Source of the DNA: a virus
Lineage: Duplodnaviria > Caudoviricetes
Strand: one strand, 5' to 3'
Length of the DNA: 64,000 nucleotides
IMG/VR virus record: IMGVR_UViG_3300033070_000479
Coordinates: 15,986 to 79,985 of that record
The position numbers and the translations under genes are program-made. This document shows positions 26,602-36,921 of this stretch, piece by piece. Under the pieces are notes generated by a model that was not told where the DNA came from, ran no database searches, and saw only the letters and a program-made list of their open reading frames with translations. Numbering within the stretch: the first letter of the stretch is position 1; the number at the start of each line of letters is the position of its first letter.

Positions 26602-27426
26602 GTGGTAAGAACGGTGACGCCAATAAACCCTTCTAAAATGACCCAGGATCGATTTTCTCCACTCAGACCGGTAAAGACTGCCTCTCTCGTAGAAAGCCTG
26701 CCATATCGCATCCTGTGCGAAATACGGCTATGTCCGGTAAAACAAAAGGAGATCTCATTGACAGGTGAAGAATTCTGGTCCGGTGTTGAAGTGACTAACT
26801 TTGATTCAGATGACTTGGCCTACCGCATGGTTGCGGACTCTCTCCGATTCCTAACCGGATGGAATTCCAACCTTTGCAGCATTTGGCCGGCGTGGTTTGA
26901 CGTCGTAACTAAGTCCAAAAGCGGTAAAGCGTTCTCTCGATGCCCCATGCCCGGTGTGGAGGCGCACCACCCGGAATTCAACTTCCGTCCGTGTCGTAGA
27001 CCGGTATGCTTGCTGTGCAGATCCAGGCTTACGGCCCAGCTGTATCAGCCTCTGAGAGATGCGTACCATAGCGACCCGTATCTCCAGCTATCGTGTACGC
27101 AGCTTTCTCCGGGTTCTCGAAAAGGTACTCATGACGCAAAGTCAACGTCTGCTGTAGCTTGGGTTCGATCTACTGTGTCATCTTTGCAAGGAAAAGACTA
27201 CCACCGGATGATCGGTTTGACTAAGTACCGCGCGTATGAAGACGGCAGCGACACAGTAGGCCATGAACGCGCAGAGAACGCCGTGCGGTGGGTCGGGACG
27301 TGGCCACAGTGGGCGTTTGACGGTAGAAAGTTTGGTACTCTGCTGAGAAGCAGGACTAGAGGCCTGACATACGGCGGGCTTGCTATTTTAGACGGGAGTC
27401 AACATGCCGCCTCGGCCTGTGTGTGA
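26602..27426 (+). CDS. Hypothetical protein (Cys motif CRRPVCLLC), first gene after the AT-rich region
   Basis: 274-aa ORF; start uncertain. Confidence 0.5.
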   Translation: MVRTVTPINPSKMTQDRFSPLRPVKTASLVESLPYRILCEIRLCPVKQKEISLTGEEFWSGVEVTNFDSDDLAYRMVADSLRFLTGWNSNLCSIWPAWFDVVTKSKSGKAFSRCPMPGVEAHHPEFNFRPCRRPVCLLCRSRLTAQLYQPLRDAYHSDPYLQLSCTQLSPGSRKGTHDAKSTSAVAWVRSTVSSLQGKDYHRMIGLTKYRAYEDGSDTVGHERAENAVRWVGTWPQWAFDGRKFGTLLRSRTRGLTYGGLAILDGSQHAASACV

Positions 27427-28513
27427 CGTAGCGGCTGATTGGCACATACCCGTCCGGTTTGGTGGAGGGTCGTGGGGTCAGTTTCCTGAGTTGTGCGGAG
27501 ACGCTATTTGCTCCCTGGCGCAGGTGGCGTCGGCGTCGGCAGAAGCCGGTATCCCGCTTGTTGCGCCCGGGGACTTGTTCGACGGACCCCGGGTAGACGC
27601 CGCTCAGCTTCTAGCCGTAAAAACCTGCCTTAAGCCTCTAGCCGATCGCGGCATTCCGTTGATTTACGTCCTCGGTAACCACGACCAGGGACAAGACTGG
27701 CTGAGCGTGTTGCCGCACTGCGTCAACGTGTCAGGCCTGCGTGTGTCGTACGCCGGAGTCACCTACTCCGGCTTGTCGTATTCGCACGACATACGGTCTG
27801 CGCTCGAATCGTCCGGTCTGTTCGAGAGCCCTACAGACGTCGGACTGTATCACCAGACGTGGTCTGAACTTGCGCCGTGCGGGTCCAGTTCTCCGGTAAC
27901 GCTTTTACCCGAGCACCGGCTGGCGGCAGTGGGCGATATCCACATATCCGCTCGGTGGTCGCCTCCGTCAGGGCCAAGCCTGGCCGTGTCTTCCGGTCCT
28001 CTTGCCCCGCAGTCGATCGCAGAGTTAGCCCCCATCGGCGTTTACAGGTTCTTCGACGACGGCACGGCCGAGCGCGTCGTGCTCAACCACCGGGACGTCA
28101 AACTCGTAGACTGCGGGCCTGGGGAGACTAGCTTGGACGAGCTGCAGCGCGTCATCACAGACATGGCCTCGGCGCACAACGCGTCAGGACTTAAGCCGGC
28201 CTGCATTGCCCGGTGGGCTTTTTCGTCACCGCCCCCGGAGTCCCTGTCGGACTTCGCCAGGCATTCGGGGGTGTTGTTATGGGTTCGTCGCGTAAAATCT
28301 CAGACGGTTTCACCCGACACACCGGCTCTGATTCCAGTTCCGCAGGTTACAGCCGGTGCGGCCTTGTCTACGTCGCTTCACTCAAGACTTTCGAGTAACC
28401 CTAAGGCTGTGGCTCTGGCGGAGTCGGTCTTGTCCGCCGCCGTGTCAGGGCCTACTGCGGCCAGGCAGGCGGCGGTAGAAGCTAAATCTAAATTCCTACA
28501 GGAGTCCGTATGA
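27404..28513 (+). CDS. Mre11/SbcD-like metallophosphoesterase nuclease
   Basis: ADWH, PGDLFD, VLGNHD, GLYHQ, GDIH calcineurin-like motifs; Rad50-like gene nearby. Confidence 0.85.
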   Translation: MPPRPVCDVAADWHIPVRFGGGSWGQFPELCGDAICSLAQVASASAEAGIPLVAPGDLFDGPRVDAAQLLAVKTCLKPLADRGIPLIYVLGNHDQGQDWLSVLPHCVNVSGLRVSYAGVTYSGLSYSHDIRSALESSGLFESPTDVGLYHQTWSELAPCGSSSPVTLLPEHRLAAVGDIHISARWSPPSGPSLAVSSGPLAPQSIAELAPIGVYRFFDDGTAERVVLNHRDVKLVDCGPGETSLDELQRVITDMASAHNASGLKPACIARWAFSSPPPESLSDFARHSGVLLWVRRVKSQTVSPDTPALIPVPQVTAGAALSTSLHSRLSSNPKAVALAESVLSAAVSGPTAARQAAVEAKSKFLQESV

Positions 28514-29154
28514 GCAGTCCTGTCGTCAAGAACGTGAACGCGGTGTGGGAGTACGCCCCGGTAGGTTTCCCGGCAGTGTCGTACAAGGCGAAGGTCGACA
28601 ACGGGTCGATTCTTCGTCTATGTCTGGACTACGTGTGGGACGGCATCGAAGACGACCAGTTCTACTCGTACGTGTCGTGGTTTGAGCCGGTCGCGGACGG
28701 GGCCACGTTCACGGGGCTGATTTGTCCGGCTACGAGCGCACTGCAGTTTCTCGCTGAGTTTGACGGGTCCTACGCGAAAGCATCGGCCGCCATGACAGAG
28801 ACTTACATCTATAAGACCCAGGCTGACGGGTCGGTGTTTCGCTACCCGGTGTCGACGATGCGGAACAAGGCGTGGGAGTGGACCTGGCCGTTTAACCGCG
28901 TCGTTCTCGGTTCCGGGTACAAGGTTTCTCTGTTCGAAGACGTCGGGCAAAACGGGTCGGCAAACTACCTGCAGGTGCTCCCCCCGTGGGTTTCCGGGGA
29001 CGGGGTTCCGCGCTTTAACTCGGCGTTCACTTCCGAGGTCTCCAAGCCCTGGGCCGAGGACGCCGTCCTGTGCGGCAAGTCGATGCTGACCCGAGACCCT
29101 ACGATCGTGTCCGCCGTGGCGGCGGCGTCTTCTGTACTGAGATCGCCGTGGTAG
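28510..29154 (+). CDS. Hypothetical protein
   Basis: ATGA overlap; 214 aa. Confidence 0.6.
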   Translation: MSSPVVKNVNAVWEYAPVGFPAVSYKAKVDNGSILRLCLDYVWDGIEDDQFYSYVSWFEPVADGATFTGLICPATSALQFLAEFDGSYAKASAAMTETYIYKTQADGSVFRYPVSTMRNKAWEWTWPFNRVVLGSGYKVSLFEDVGQNGSANYLQVLPPWVSGDGVPRFNSAFTSEVSKPWAEDAVLCGKSMLTRDPTIVSAVAAASSVLRSPW

Positions 29155-29507
29155 GCTTTGTGTACTTCAACTCGCGGAAGCGGTGCTTCTCGATCAAGTT
29201 CACAGGAGAGCCTGTGAAGCACGCGTCCGAGTTCGTCTGCCTTAACGCCCGCTTCGTAGTCAGCAAAGCGGGCAGAGAGCGGGTCCTGGCCGAAGGCCGT
29301 AAGAACGTGCACGCCGTCATACGCGGAGACATTAGACTTGGAGCCTTTGACGGGTACGCCAAGCTAGAGCGCGTCAGGTACAACCCGTACGTCTCTGCCT
29401 CTTTCGTCACAGATAATGGGGCTAAAGTCACGAGTCACGAGGTCGTAATGGGCGGACCTGATGGGGTGTTCCTAGCCGCCTTAACTCAGGACAGCAACAG
29501 TGATTAA
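29148..29507 (+). CDS. Conserved phage hypothetical protein
   Basis: GTG 29148. AGRERVLAEGRKNVHA and VRYNPY motifs, recalled from a widespread uncharacterised phage family. Confidence 0.6.
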   Translation: MVGFVYFNSRKRCFSIKFTGEPVKHASEFVCLNARFVVSKAGRERVLAEGRKNVHAVIRGDIRLGAFDGYAKLERVRYNPYVSASFVTDNGAKVTSHEVVMGGPDGVFLAALTQDSNSD

Positions 29508-31494
29508 GTCAGTAGTGATCGAGAACTTCTGTCAGATAGGCCGACTAGAGTGGCGGCCCCCGGCTGGTATCTCTGCGGTAGTGGGACCGAACGGGGCCGG
29601 TAAGTCCAACACGGTGGCGGCGCTGGCTTATGCGATTTCGGGGGACGCGGCGTGGGCGAAAGGGGCAGTCCCGCCGTCCGGCAAGAACCCGAAAGTAACG
29701 GTGCAGTTCTGTCCGTCGGAGGATTCAGACGACCTGGTCACCGTGTCGCGCACCGTGGCAGTAGACGGTCGTGGCGCTGCGGCGTCGTTCTCGTACCGTG
29801 GAAAGACAGAATCAGGTCCGCGCGCAGTGACTGCGGCCGTCGCAGAAGTACTGATGGCGGACCCTGCCGAAGCCGCTGAGGCTTTCGTCTGTAGGCAGGG
29901 CAGGCTCACCGAGGTTGCTGACGCGTCATCGTCGGACCGGCTGCGGTGGGTGGCGAAGTCTGTAGGGCTGTCTGCCGCTGAAGTCGCTTGGGACGCTTTA
30001 GGGGAGATTCGACCCCCCGCAAAGCCGCCAGACCTCAAGGCGGCTAGGGCAGAATTCGAATCGGCCTTGTCAGAAAAACAGCGTAGTTTTTCTTACAACT
30101 CGGTCTTTGACTCTCCGGAAGAGTTGGACACGACTTGCCGAAAATTGACGGAGAATGCGCTGCAAATTACTGCGGCTGCCGAGGCCTGGGACAAAGCTAA
30201 AGCCGCGGCGGACTCCCTACCGGCGTTGCGCTCCCAGGCGTCGTCTGCGGCGGCCGCCTACGCGTACATCGAGAAGAAACTGGACGGAGTTGACACGCTT
30301 TCAAAATGGGCTCAGGACTGGAAAGCGCGTAGGGCCTGGTTGCAGTACGTCGACCTACGTAAGCGGGCAGAGAAACTGGCAGAAGAGGCTAAGGCGGCGG
30401 CAGAGCTGGTACCGGCCCCGCCATCCAAGCCCCCGGAATGGGACGAGTGCACAGGTCGCAGAGCCTCAGACGAGTCTCTGGTGCGGTTAGGTCAGTCTTC
30501 GTCGTGTCCCACGTGCAAGTCTCCGTTTAACGCGGACCTGGCTCAGTCGATAGTAGACGCGGCAAACAGGCTTGCCCGCCTTGCGGAGATGACACAGGTC
30601 CTGAACAAGTTTCAGGCGGAGTACTCTTCAAAGCTGGCAGTTTCTCAGGCGGCTGCAAGAGCGGCGGATACTGCGCGGTCTAAAGCAGAGGCGGCTAAAG
30701 CGCCTGAAGTACCTGAGCCGGAGGTTTCCGAAGAGGCTATTTACGCCGCACTGGCGGGCATGCCTACCCGAGAAGACGTGGCTCGCGCGTCATCGGAGGC
30801 AGGCCGCGCTTCTTCTCGTCTGGCGGAGGCGGAAGTACTGGCGGCCAAGTTGGCCGGTCCCAGGCCCGACGTCGTGTCTGCCAAGTCGGCGTTGCAGGAA
30901 GCGATTGACCGTCGCTCTGTGGCCGCTGCGGCGGCAGAGACGTACGCGGCGGCTGCGTACCGGGCTGACGCTGCCGCAGCCGCTTTGGCGCGCGCCGAGG
31001 CGGCTGTCGAGACGTCGGCCAAAGAAGAGTTGTTTTACGAGGCGGCGTCTGCGGCAAGGTCTGCTCTACACAGATCGGCTTGTCCCGCTGAAGCCGCCGC
31101 GCAGTTCGCTGACCGGTTAGCTGCGGAAACGTCTAACTGGTTGTACAAGTTCAACTTGCGGTTTTCTGTGTCTATTTCTGCAGACGGGTCTATCACTGCA
31201 GACTTCGACGGGAAACAGGTCCCGTCGTTCAAACTATCCGGGGCGGAAAAAACGCTCCTAGGTTTGGCTTGGCGCCTGGCTGTCATGGGCGCCGTAGCCG
31301 GGAGGTTCAATACCCTGATTCTAGACGAGCCGACTTACGGCCTGGATGAGGCCCGATTGGACGCCGTCCGGTCGGCGATCGCAGAATGGCGTGACGCCGG
31401 TACCGACCGACAGGTTATCCTAGTAACGCACGACCGGCGTCTGGCGGAGATAGCCGGGTCTGCGTTCGATGTCTCAGCGGTAGAGAGGTCGTGA
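29500..31494 (+). CDS. Rad50/SbcC-like SMC ATPase
   Basis: GPNGAGKS, Q-loop CRQG, coiled coil with CPTC hook, LSGAE signature, LILDEP, VTHD. Confidence 0.9.
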   Translation: MIKSVVIENFCQIGRLEWRPPAGISAVVGPNGAGKSNTVAALAYAISGDAAWAKGAVPPSGKNPKVTVQFCPSEDSDDLVTVSRTVAVDGRGAAASFSYRGKTESGPRAVTAAVAEVLMADPAEAAEAFVCRQGRLTEVADASSSDRLRWVAKSVGLSAAEVAWDALGEIRPPAKPPDLKAARAEFESALSEKQRSFSYNSVFDSPEELDTTCRKLTENALQITAAAEAWDKAKAAADSLPALRSQASSAAAAYAYIEKKLDGVDTLSKWAQDWKARRAWLQYVDLRKRAEKLAEEAKAAAELVPAPPSKPPEWDECTGRRASDESLVRLGQSSSCPTCKSPFNADLAQSIVDAANRLARLAEMTQVLNKFQAEYSSKLAVSQAAARAADTARSKAEAAKAPEVPEPEVSEEAIYAALAGMPTREDVARASSEAGRASSRLAEAEVLAAKLAGPRPDVVSAKSALQEAIDRRSVAAAAAETYAAAAYRADAAAAALARAEAAVETSAKEELFYEAASAARSALHRSACPAEAAAQFADRLAAETSNWLYKFNLRFSVSISADGSITADFDGKQVPSFKLSGAEKTLLGLAWRLAVMGAVAGRFNTLILDEPTYGLDEARLDAVRSAIAEWRDAGTDRQVILVTHDRRLAEIAGSAFDVSAVERS

Positions 31495-32027
31495 CCATTA
31501 CACTTGTACACATAATGCCGTCTACGAACGGTCACGTCGCGCTACACGTCGGAAACGTGATCATGCGCATGTGTCACGACTCGGCTTTGGACGTTGTGCG
31601 CAAAGCCGACTCGCTAGTTTTCAACGTCGCGGACATCACCATGGTTCCGTTCGCCCCGTTCGTGGGTAAGTCGGGGATTTCCAACCTGATGATGGAGGGC
31701 CCTAACAAAGACTGCCACGTTTTGTGGAACCGGTATCATGACGAGTCGTGGTCCACGTATGCAGGCCCTTACTCGAAAGCGCGGCCCGTGCCCGAGACGC
31801 ACCCGCTGTACGACATGTACCGCGACATCAGGCTGAAGTCGGTACGTGCCGTGCTGTCCAGAATGTGCTACCGCATCGTCGACCCGCGCATCTGGACGTC
31901 CGGGTTCGATACCGTCAAAGAGGCCATCGCTAAAGACCTGATGTTGGAGCTGGACGGCAACACGCACAGGTTCATGGACGAGGCGGCGGAATACTGGTCC
32001 GCACAGTTGGTGAAGGGCGTCAAGTGA
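31491..32027 (+). CDS. Hypothetical protein
   Basis: GTGA overlap; 178 aa. Confidence 0.6.
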   Translation: MTITLVHIMPSTNGHVALHVGNVIMRMCHDSALDVVRKADSLVFNVADITMVPFAPFVGKSGISNLMMEGPNKDCHVLWNRYHDESWSTYAGPYSKARPVPETHPLYDMYRDIRLKSVRAVLSRMCYRIVDPRIWTSGFDTVKEAIAKDLMLELDGNTHRFMDEAAEYWSAQLVKGVK

Positions 32028-33487
32028 TTCGAATCAGGCAGTCCGGTAGACTAGCGGCCGTGTCAGGGTTACACGGCCGCACTTCCTCCTTGGTAAAGAA
32101 CGACCTGACGTTCTTCCGTAACGTCGTAGGTCCGTCCGGGTGGCAGCCGGAGACGATGAGGCTTTATTCCGAGGATTCGTCAGGGAACCTGCTTATCGGG
32201 GCCGGGTTGATAGGCCGAGTCAAGGACTTGCTAAAGTCTGCGAACTTGGAAGTGAGTGTCATCGAAGACTCCAGGCACTGCGACAGCCGGTATCGCATTG
32301 ACCCGGCGCCGCTGTCGGAGCCGGGGCTTACGCTCAAAGAAGGACAGTTCGACGCCATCAAGTCGATTCTCTCCAGAGATTCCGGAGTCATCGTAGCCCC
32401 CACCGGGTGGGGTAAGAGTTTCTGTATTAGGTTGGTCTGTCGCCTGCTCCCAGACTGCAAGATTCACTACCTGACTGACTTGACGGACCTCTGCGAGCAG
32501 ATGCACGCAGAGTTAGTCCCGTACATACCGGATCTGGGTAGGTTCGGCGGAGGCGTTAAGAAACCAGGCCGAGTCAGCGTAGTTAACGTAGAATCAGCAC
32601 ACCACACGGGTTACGACGCAGACGTCATCATCGGAGACGAGATTCACAGGTTGTGTGCTCAGAAGTACATGGACCAGCTCGGCAGGTACGGAGTTAACCG
32701 GCCGTGCAGGGCTTACGGGTTTACGGCCAGCCCAGTTCGCGACGACGGCATGCACAGGTTTAACGAGCCCATCTTTGGTCCTATAGTCGTCCGAGTTCCT
32801 TACGCCGCAGCGCAGGCCGCGTCTATGGTCGTGCCGATCGAGGTGCGCTGGGTACGGCCTACGCTGTCGAGAGACCCTTCTGCGGAAGTGCCGTCTGGAG
32901 CAGAGAAAGAGCGGCTAGGGTTGTGGTCGAATTACGCCAGGAATCAGTGTGTGGCGGACCAGGCCCTGGCTGTGGCGGACAAGGGACAGGTCATAGTCAT
33001 GGTCGCTACAGTAGAGCACGCGTACAGGTTAAAACAGCTTTTGCCGGACTTCGAGGTTTGCTACTCCCCGGCGGAGTCTGCCGACTCTATGCGCGAGTCG
33101 CTGATAACCGCCGGGCTACTGACAGAGTCTGAGCCGCGTATGACCCCGGCACGCAGAAAGCACCTGAGAGACGGGTTTGAGCGCGGCAAGATCAAGAAAG
33201 TCATCGCCACACAGGTGTGGTCTACCGGGGTAAACTTCCGCAGTCTGGCCTTCTTAATCCGCGCCGACGGCGGGGCGGCTCAGACGAAGTCTACTCAGAT
33301 TGCCGGGCGTCTCAGCAGAACCTTCAACGGCAAGTCCAAAGGAATCCTGATCGATTTCTGGGACGACTGGTCCACGTCGTTCGTGAGGAGGTCCCGCGCC
33401 AGGTTCTCGGTGTACGAATCCCACGGGTTCTCGCAGGTCCGGCCTTCTGTGAAAGAAATTTTTAGATCGAAATCGTTTGACGAGTAA
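32024..33487 (+). CDS. SF2 DExH helicase (UvsW-like)
   Basis: APTGWGKS, GDEIH, GFTASP, STGVN, QIAGRLSR. Confidence 0.9.
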   Translation: MIRIRQSGRLAAVSGLHGRTSSLVKNDLTFFRNVVGPSGWQPETMRLYSEDSSGNLLIGAGLIGRVKDLLKSANLEVSVIEDSRHCDSRYRIDPAPLSEPGLTLKEGQFDAIKSILSRDSGVIVAPTGWGKSFCIRLVCRLLPDCKIHYLTDLTDLCEQMHAELVPYIPDLGRFGGGVKKPGRVSVVNVESAHHTGYDADVIIGDEIHRLCAQKYMDQLGRYGVNRPCRAYGFTASPVRDDGMHRFNEPIFGPIVVRVPYAAAQAASMVVPIEVRWVRPTLSRDPSAEVPSGAEKERLGLWSNYARNQCVADQALAVADKGQVIVMVATVEHAYRLKQLLPDFEVCYSPAESADSMRESLITAGLLTESEPRMTPARRKHLRDGFERGKIKKVIATQVWSTGVNFRSLAFLIRADGGAAQTKSTQIAGRLSRTFNGKSKGILIDFWDDWSTSFVRRSRARFSVYESHGFSQVRPSVKEIFRSKSFDE

Positions 33488-33605
33488 CCCTTACGGCTTA
33501 AGTCTTTGACGGCTCTTGTGCGGGTACGCCGCGGTGACCGATAATCACCTTCCCGGCACCCGCACCTCCGACTTACCGGCAGGAACTGGACAGGAGTAAA
33601 ACTCG

Positions 33606-34253
33606 ATGTCTCATGGTTCGCCCCTGCTGACAAAGGCAGGGGAAAAGTTGCGTGCCGACTGGTGTCGGCACCACGAGGCGTTTAGGGCTAAAAACCCGGC
33701 GGTGCGGCCTTTTAAGGCGGGGGTGTTTCTGGACGGCGGCACCGACTCGTTTACCGGGAGAACGTACAAGTGCTTTTGGAACACGGCCGCTGCAAAGATC
33801 ATAGAGAAAGGATTTGACCCTAGCGCAGTGGCCGCGTTCATGTTCTCCAGGGCCGCGTCGTCACGGGCAGCGCCAGACCCGCGCATGGTCGCGTCTGACA
33901 GCACGCTGTCGGACTTCACGAAAGCCAGAGCCGCAACGACAGTCCGTGACTTCACAGACGCCATAAAGCGGTCTGTCGCGGCGGACAGGGTGGCTTTCGC
34001 GATCCTGGTTAGGCGGTACGGGTTTGCTTACGCGAACAGAGAGCAAGCCTACGAAGCGGCGTTGTCGGATATCTCGATATCGCCGCTGTTCAGACTTCAC
34101 GCCGCCACAACGCTGGGGAACGCGGGGTTTGTTCAAAAGGTGCTGAATCAGGCGAAGGAGCAATACTTATCGTACCCGGATAACGCTCGCCGCGTGTGGG
34201 ACTCCCTACTGGGAGACGACACGGTGGCGGCAATCAGAGACACACGGCAATGA
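33606..34253 (+). CDS. Hypothetical protein (possible helicase loader, by position)
   Basis: CAGGAG RBS; ATGA coupling to the DnaB-like gene. Confidence 0.55.
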   Translation: MSHGSPLLTKAGEKLRADWCRHHEAFRAKNPAVRPFKAGVFLDGGTDSFTGRTYKCFWNTAAAKIIEKGFDPSAVAAFMFSRAASSRAAPDPRMVASDSTLSDFTKARAATTVRDFTDAIKRSVAADRVAFAILVRRYGFAYANREQAYEAALSDISISPLFRLHAATTLGNAGFVQKVLNQAKEQYLSYPDNARRVWDSLLGDDTVAAIRDTRQ

Positions 34254-35878
34254 GCAGACCAAACGACGTACCGTCGGCGGACTCCGCACGCGTCACACCG
34301 GCCGAAGTCAATCTCATGGTGGCGTGTGCCGTTCGGTCGACGGCCGTAGCAGAGGCGTGCAGGCAGCGCCTTAGTCCTGACCTTTTCATGCCGGGACGCG
34401 AAGCCACGGCGGCTTTGCTGTGGTCCACGTTCCTGTCGACTACTGAAGCTAAAGGCATACCGGCAGACCCGAATCACGCCTTCGCCCTCATGACGGCTCA
34501 AGTGCAGCGGGAGTACGCGTCGCGACCCGACTTGTACTCGGATAACGCCGTTCAAGAACTCTGTGACCCGCAATACGGACTTCTGCGGCACGTGTTCTTC
34601 TCTCCGGCTCCTCCGAAAGAAACCGAAGACGCCGTCGTCGACATCTTGGTCCGGTTTCTGACAGAACGCCTCATGGCCGATCCTCTCCGGATGGCCATCG
34701 AGGGCGTCTCGATCGACAGAACGATCACGGACCCAACAAAACTCGTTGCTCAGATCGAGGCTGCGGCTGACGCGGTCAACGCGGTGCGGGTTGACCCGGG
34801 CAGCGACGGCGTTGCCGGTATCGACTTTACGCCGCCTTCCACGGGGATCTTTACTACGGGCATGCCGTGGCTGGACGAAATCATGGGCGGAGGACAGGCG
34901 CCCGGAGAGTGCTACCTGGTCATGGGCCCCACCGGCGGCGGTAAAACCCCGTTCGTGACTCAGATCGCCGTGCAAGGGGCCAGATACCAGGCCGCCCTGT
35001 CTCAGAAGTCTGGCGGCAAAAAGCGGTGGATGTACTTCACGTACGAGCTGACGCGCAATCAGATGCTGGAGCGGTTCTACTCTTTCGGGGCCATGATCAG
35101 CAGAGACACGTTCAACGTCCCGGACGGGTCGCAGGTGGCGTATACGAGCTCTGCGGCTAACGGAACCAGCCTCCACCCGTACGAGCTTGAGAAGATCGTC
35201 AACCCGTCTGACGTTAAGCTCGGTGAGAAAGAACGGGCCCAAGCCTACGTCAAAGAGCTGTCCGGGTCTGGTCCAGGGGACTCGTGGCTGCGGCTGGTCG
35301 ATTACTCGGGTAACGTCCCCGGGTACGGGACAGGCGGCGTTCCGGAGATGGTGTCGTACTGTCGGCGCATGAAGTCTCAAGGGGCCGACGTGGCAGGCGT
35401 GGTCATCGACTACGCCGGCCTGGTGGTAAGCCGGTACCGACAGAAGAACGTCAGGATGAAGCCGTCAGACGATTACGAACTGTTGGCCACGTTTATGGAC
35501 GAAGTCCGCACCACGATCTCAATCCCGTTCGCATGCCCGGTGTGGGTTCTGCACCAATTCCACGGGGACGTGACAGGTATGTCTCCCGGGGCTCGTCTCA
35601 GCCTCAACCAGGGGCGCGGCGGGCGGAACATGGGCGACAACGCCGACTTCGCGTTCGGCCTAGGTAACTGTGATAAGGAGAAACAGCTTCTGGCGTTCTG
35701 GATGTTCAAACACCGCCGAGTTAAGTGGGACGGTAGGCCGGTGGTGGCCAAGTTTGACGGACGATTCGGGTACTTTGCCCGCCCAGACGGGTCGTGGAAA
35801 GTGGATCCGTACACGAAGGAATTCGTCGAATCCGGCTTCGGCGGTGGCGGCCTTTCAGGCGTCGTACCCGGGGCGTAA
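34250..35878 (+). CDS. DnaB-like (SF4) replicative helicase
   Basis: ATG 34250. VMGPTGGGKT, YFTYEL, VVIDYAG, VLHQF, DNADFAF. Confidence 0.85.
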   Translation: MSRPNDVPSADSARVTPAEVNLMVACAVRSTAVAEACRQRLSPDLFMPGREATAALLWSTFLSTTEAKGIPADPNHAFALMTAQVQREYASRPDLYSDNAVQELCDPQYGLLRHVFFSPAPPKETEDAVVDILVRFLTERLMADPLRMAIEGVSIDRTITDPTKLVAQIEAAADAVNAVRVDPGSDGVAGIDFTPPSTGIFTTGMPWLDEIMGGGQAPGECYLVMGPTGGGKTPFVTQIAVQGARYQAALSQKSGGKKRWMYFTYELTRNQMLERFYSFGAMISRDTFNVPDGSQVAYTSSAANGTSLHPYELEKIVNPSDVKLGEKERAQAYVKELSGSGPGDSWLRLVDYSGNVPGYGTGGVPEMVSYCRRMKSQGADVAGVVIDYAGLVVSRYRQKNVRMKPSDDYELLATFMDEVRTTISIPFACPVWVLHQFHGDVTGMSPGARLSLNQGRGGRNMGDNADFAFGLGNCDKEKQLLAFWMFKHRRVKWDGRPVVAKFDGRFGYFARPDGSWKVDPYTKEFVESGFGGGGLSGVVPGA

Positions 35879-35883
35879 GTTCC

Positions 35884-36909
35884 ATGACACTACTAAACCA
35901 CGCCCTGTGGCTGGCATTTTCCAGCCGCTTCGGGGCGTCTGCTCGCGTTATCAACCAGGGGCAAGAGGCGCGCGGGTTTTACGAGTTTGACGCGGCGAGG
36001 CAGAAGAAGCGGCTGAGGCTGACTTCTTGGGGCGAGTCCTACTCGGGGGACTGCCCGTTTTGCGGAGACACCCGCGGGCGGCTCAGCGTCAGCCACATGT
36101 GCGGTCGGTTTGACCCGGAAACGCAGGAGAATAACTGGTACCTGTGGAGGTGCTACAACGAGGACTGCCAGAAAGACTGGAAGAACAGAAGGTCTTTGAG
36201 AGACAAGCTGACGACCCACGCCATACTCATAGCGCCCCCTAAGAGTATTCGGCTGGTTCACAAGGCGGCAGCAGAGCGGTCGGACTCCTCGAAGCCGGTA
36301 GGAGTGGTAGAGCCCCTCAAGGAGGACTCCGCCGGCGGAAAGTACTTAGCCGGCAGGGGGTTTGTGATCAAGGAGCTGGTTGAGCTGTGGGGGGTGTGCG
36401 GGATACTTCAGCCGAACCCCGGGGCTCGGTGGCTGGCGGACCGTATAGCGATACCCGTGACGAAAAACGGCGAAATAGTCGGGTGGCAGTACCGTACCCC
36501 TTACGACCCGGCTAAGGGCGGTGTTCCTAAGTACCTGTCGTTCTTTAGTAAGTCACAGTACGTCTACGGCGTGGATCAGGCGGCTAACCAGGACAAGCTA
36601 GTTCTGGTAGAGGGCGTCACGGACGTGTGGCGGTACGGACCTGGAGCCGTGTGCGGGTTCGGCAAAGTCTTGTCTGAGACCCAGATAGAGGTCCTGGCTT
36701 CAGTCGCCGGCAGTAGGCCGGTCGTCGTTATTCCTGACGCCAACGACCCAGAGTCAGTCGGCAAGATGACGGTATCGGCTCTTAGCATGCGGAGATACGG
36801 CTACGCAGGGTCTATCGGAGGAGTGGAGCTACCGGCCGGTACAGACCCTGGATCATCGTCTACAGAGTTCTTGAGGAAAGCAGTTAACGCAGCGTCTCTG
36901 ACGTTTTGA
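35884..36909 (+). CDS. DnaG-type primase (Zn finger plus TOPRIM)
   Basis: ATG 35884. CPFCGD...CYNEDC, PKYL, LVEGVTDVW, IPDAND. Confidence 0.85.
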   Translation: MTLLNHALWLAFSSRFGASARVINQGQEARGFYEFDAARQKKRLRLTSWGESYSGDCPFCGDTRGRLSVSHMCGRFDPETQENNWYLWRCYNEDCQKDWKNRRSLRDKLTTHAILIAPPKSIRLVHKAAAERSDSSKPVGVVEPLKEDSAGGKYLAGRGFVIKELVELWGVCGILQPNPGARWLADRIAIPVTKNGEIVGWQYRTPYDPAKGGVPKYLSFFSKSQYVYGVDQAANQDKLVLVEGVTDVWRYGPGAVCGFGKVLSETQIEVLASVAGSRPVVVIPDANDPESVGKMTVSALSMRRYGYAGSIGGVELPAGTDPGSSSTEFLRKAVNAASLTF

Positions 36910-36921
36910 GAAGGAGAGTTC

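Noticed and set aside
33506-33545. TTGACG hexamers at 25633, 25989 and 33506 as promoters
   Set aside because: No acceptable -10 box at 16-18 nt spacing.
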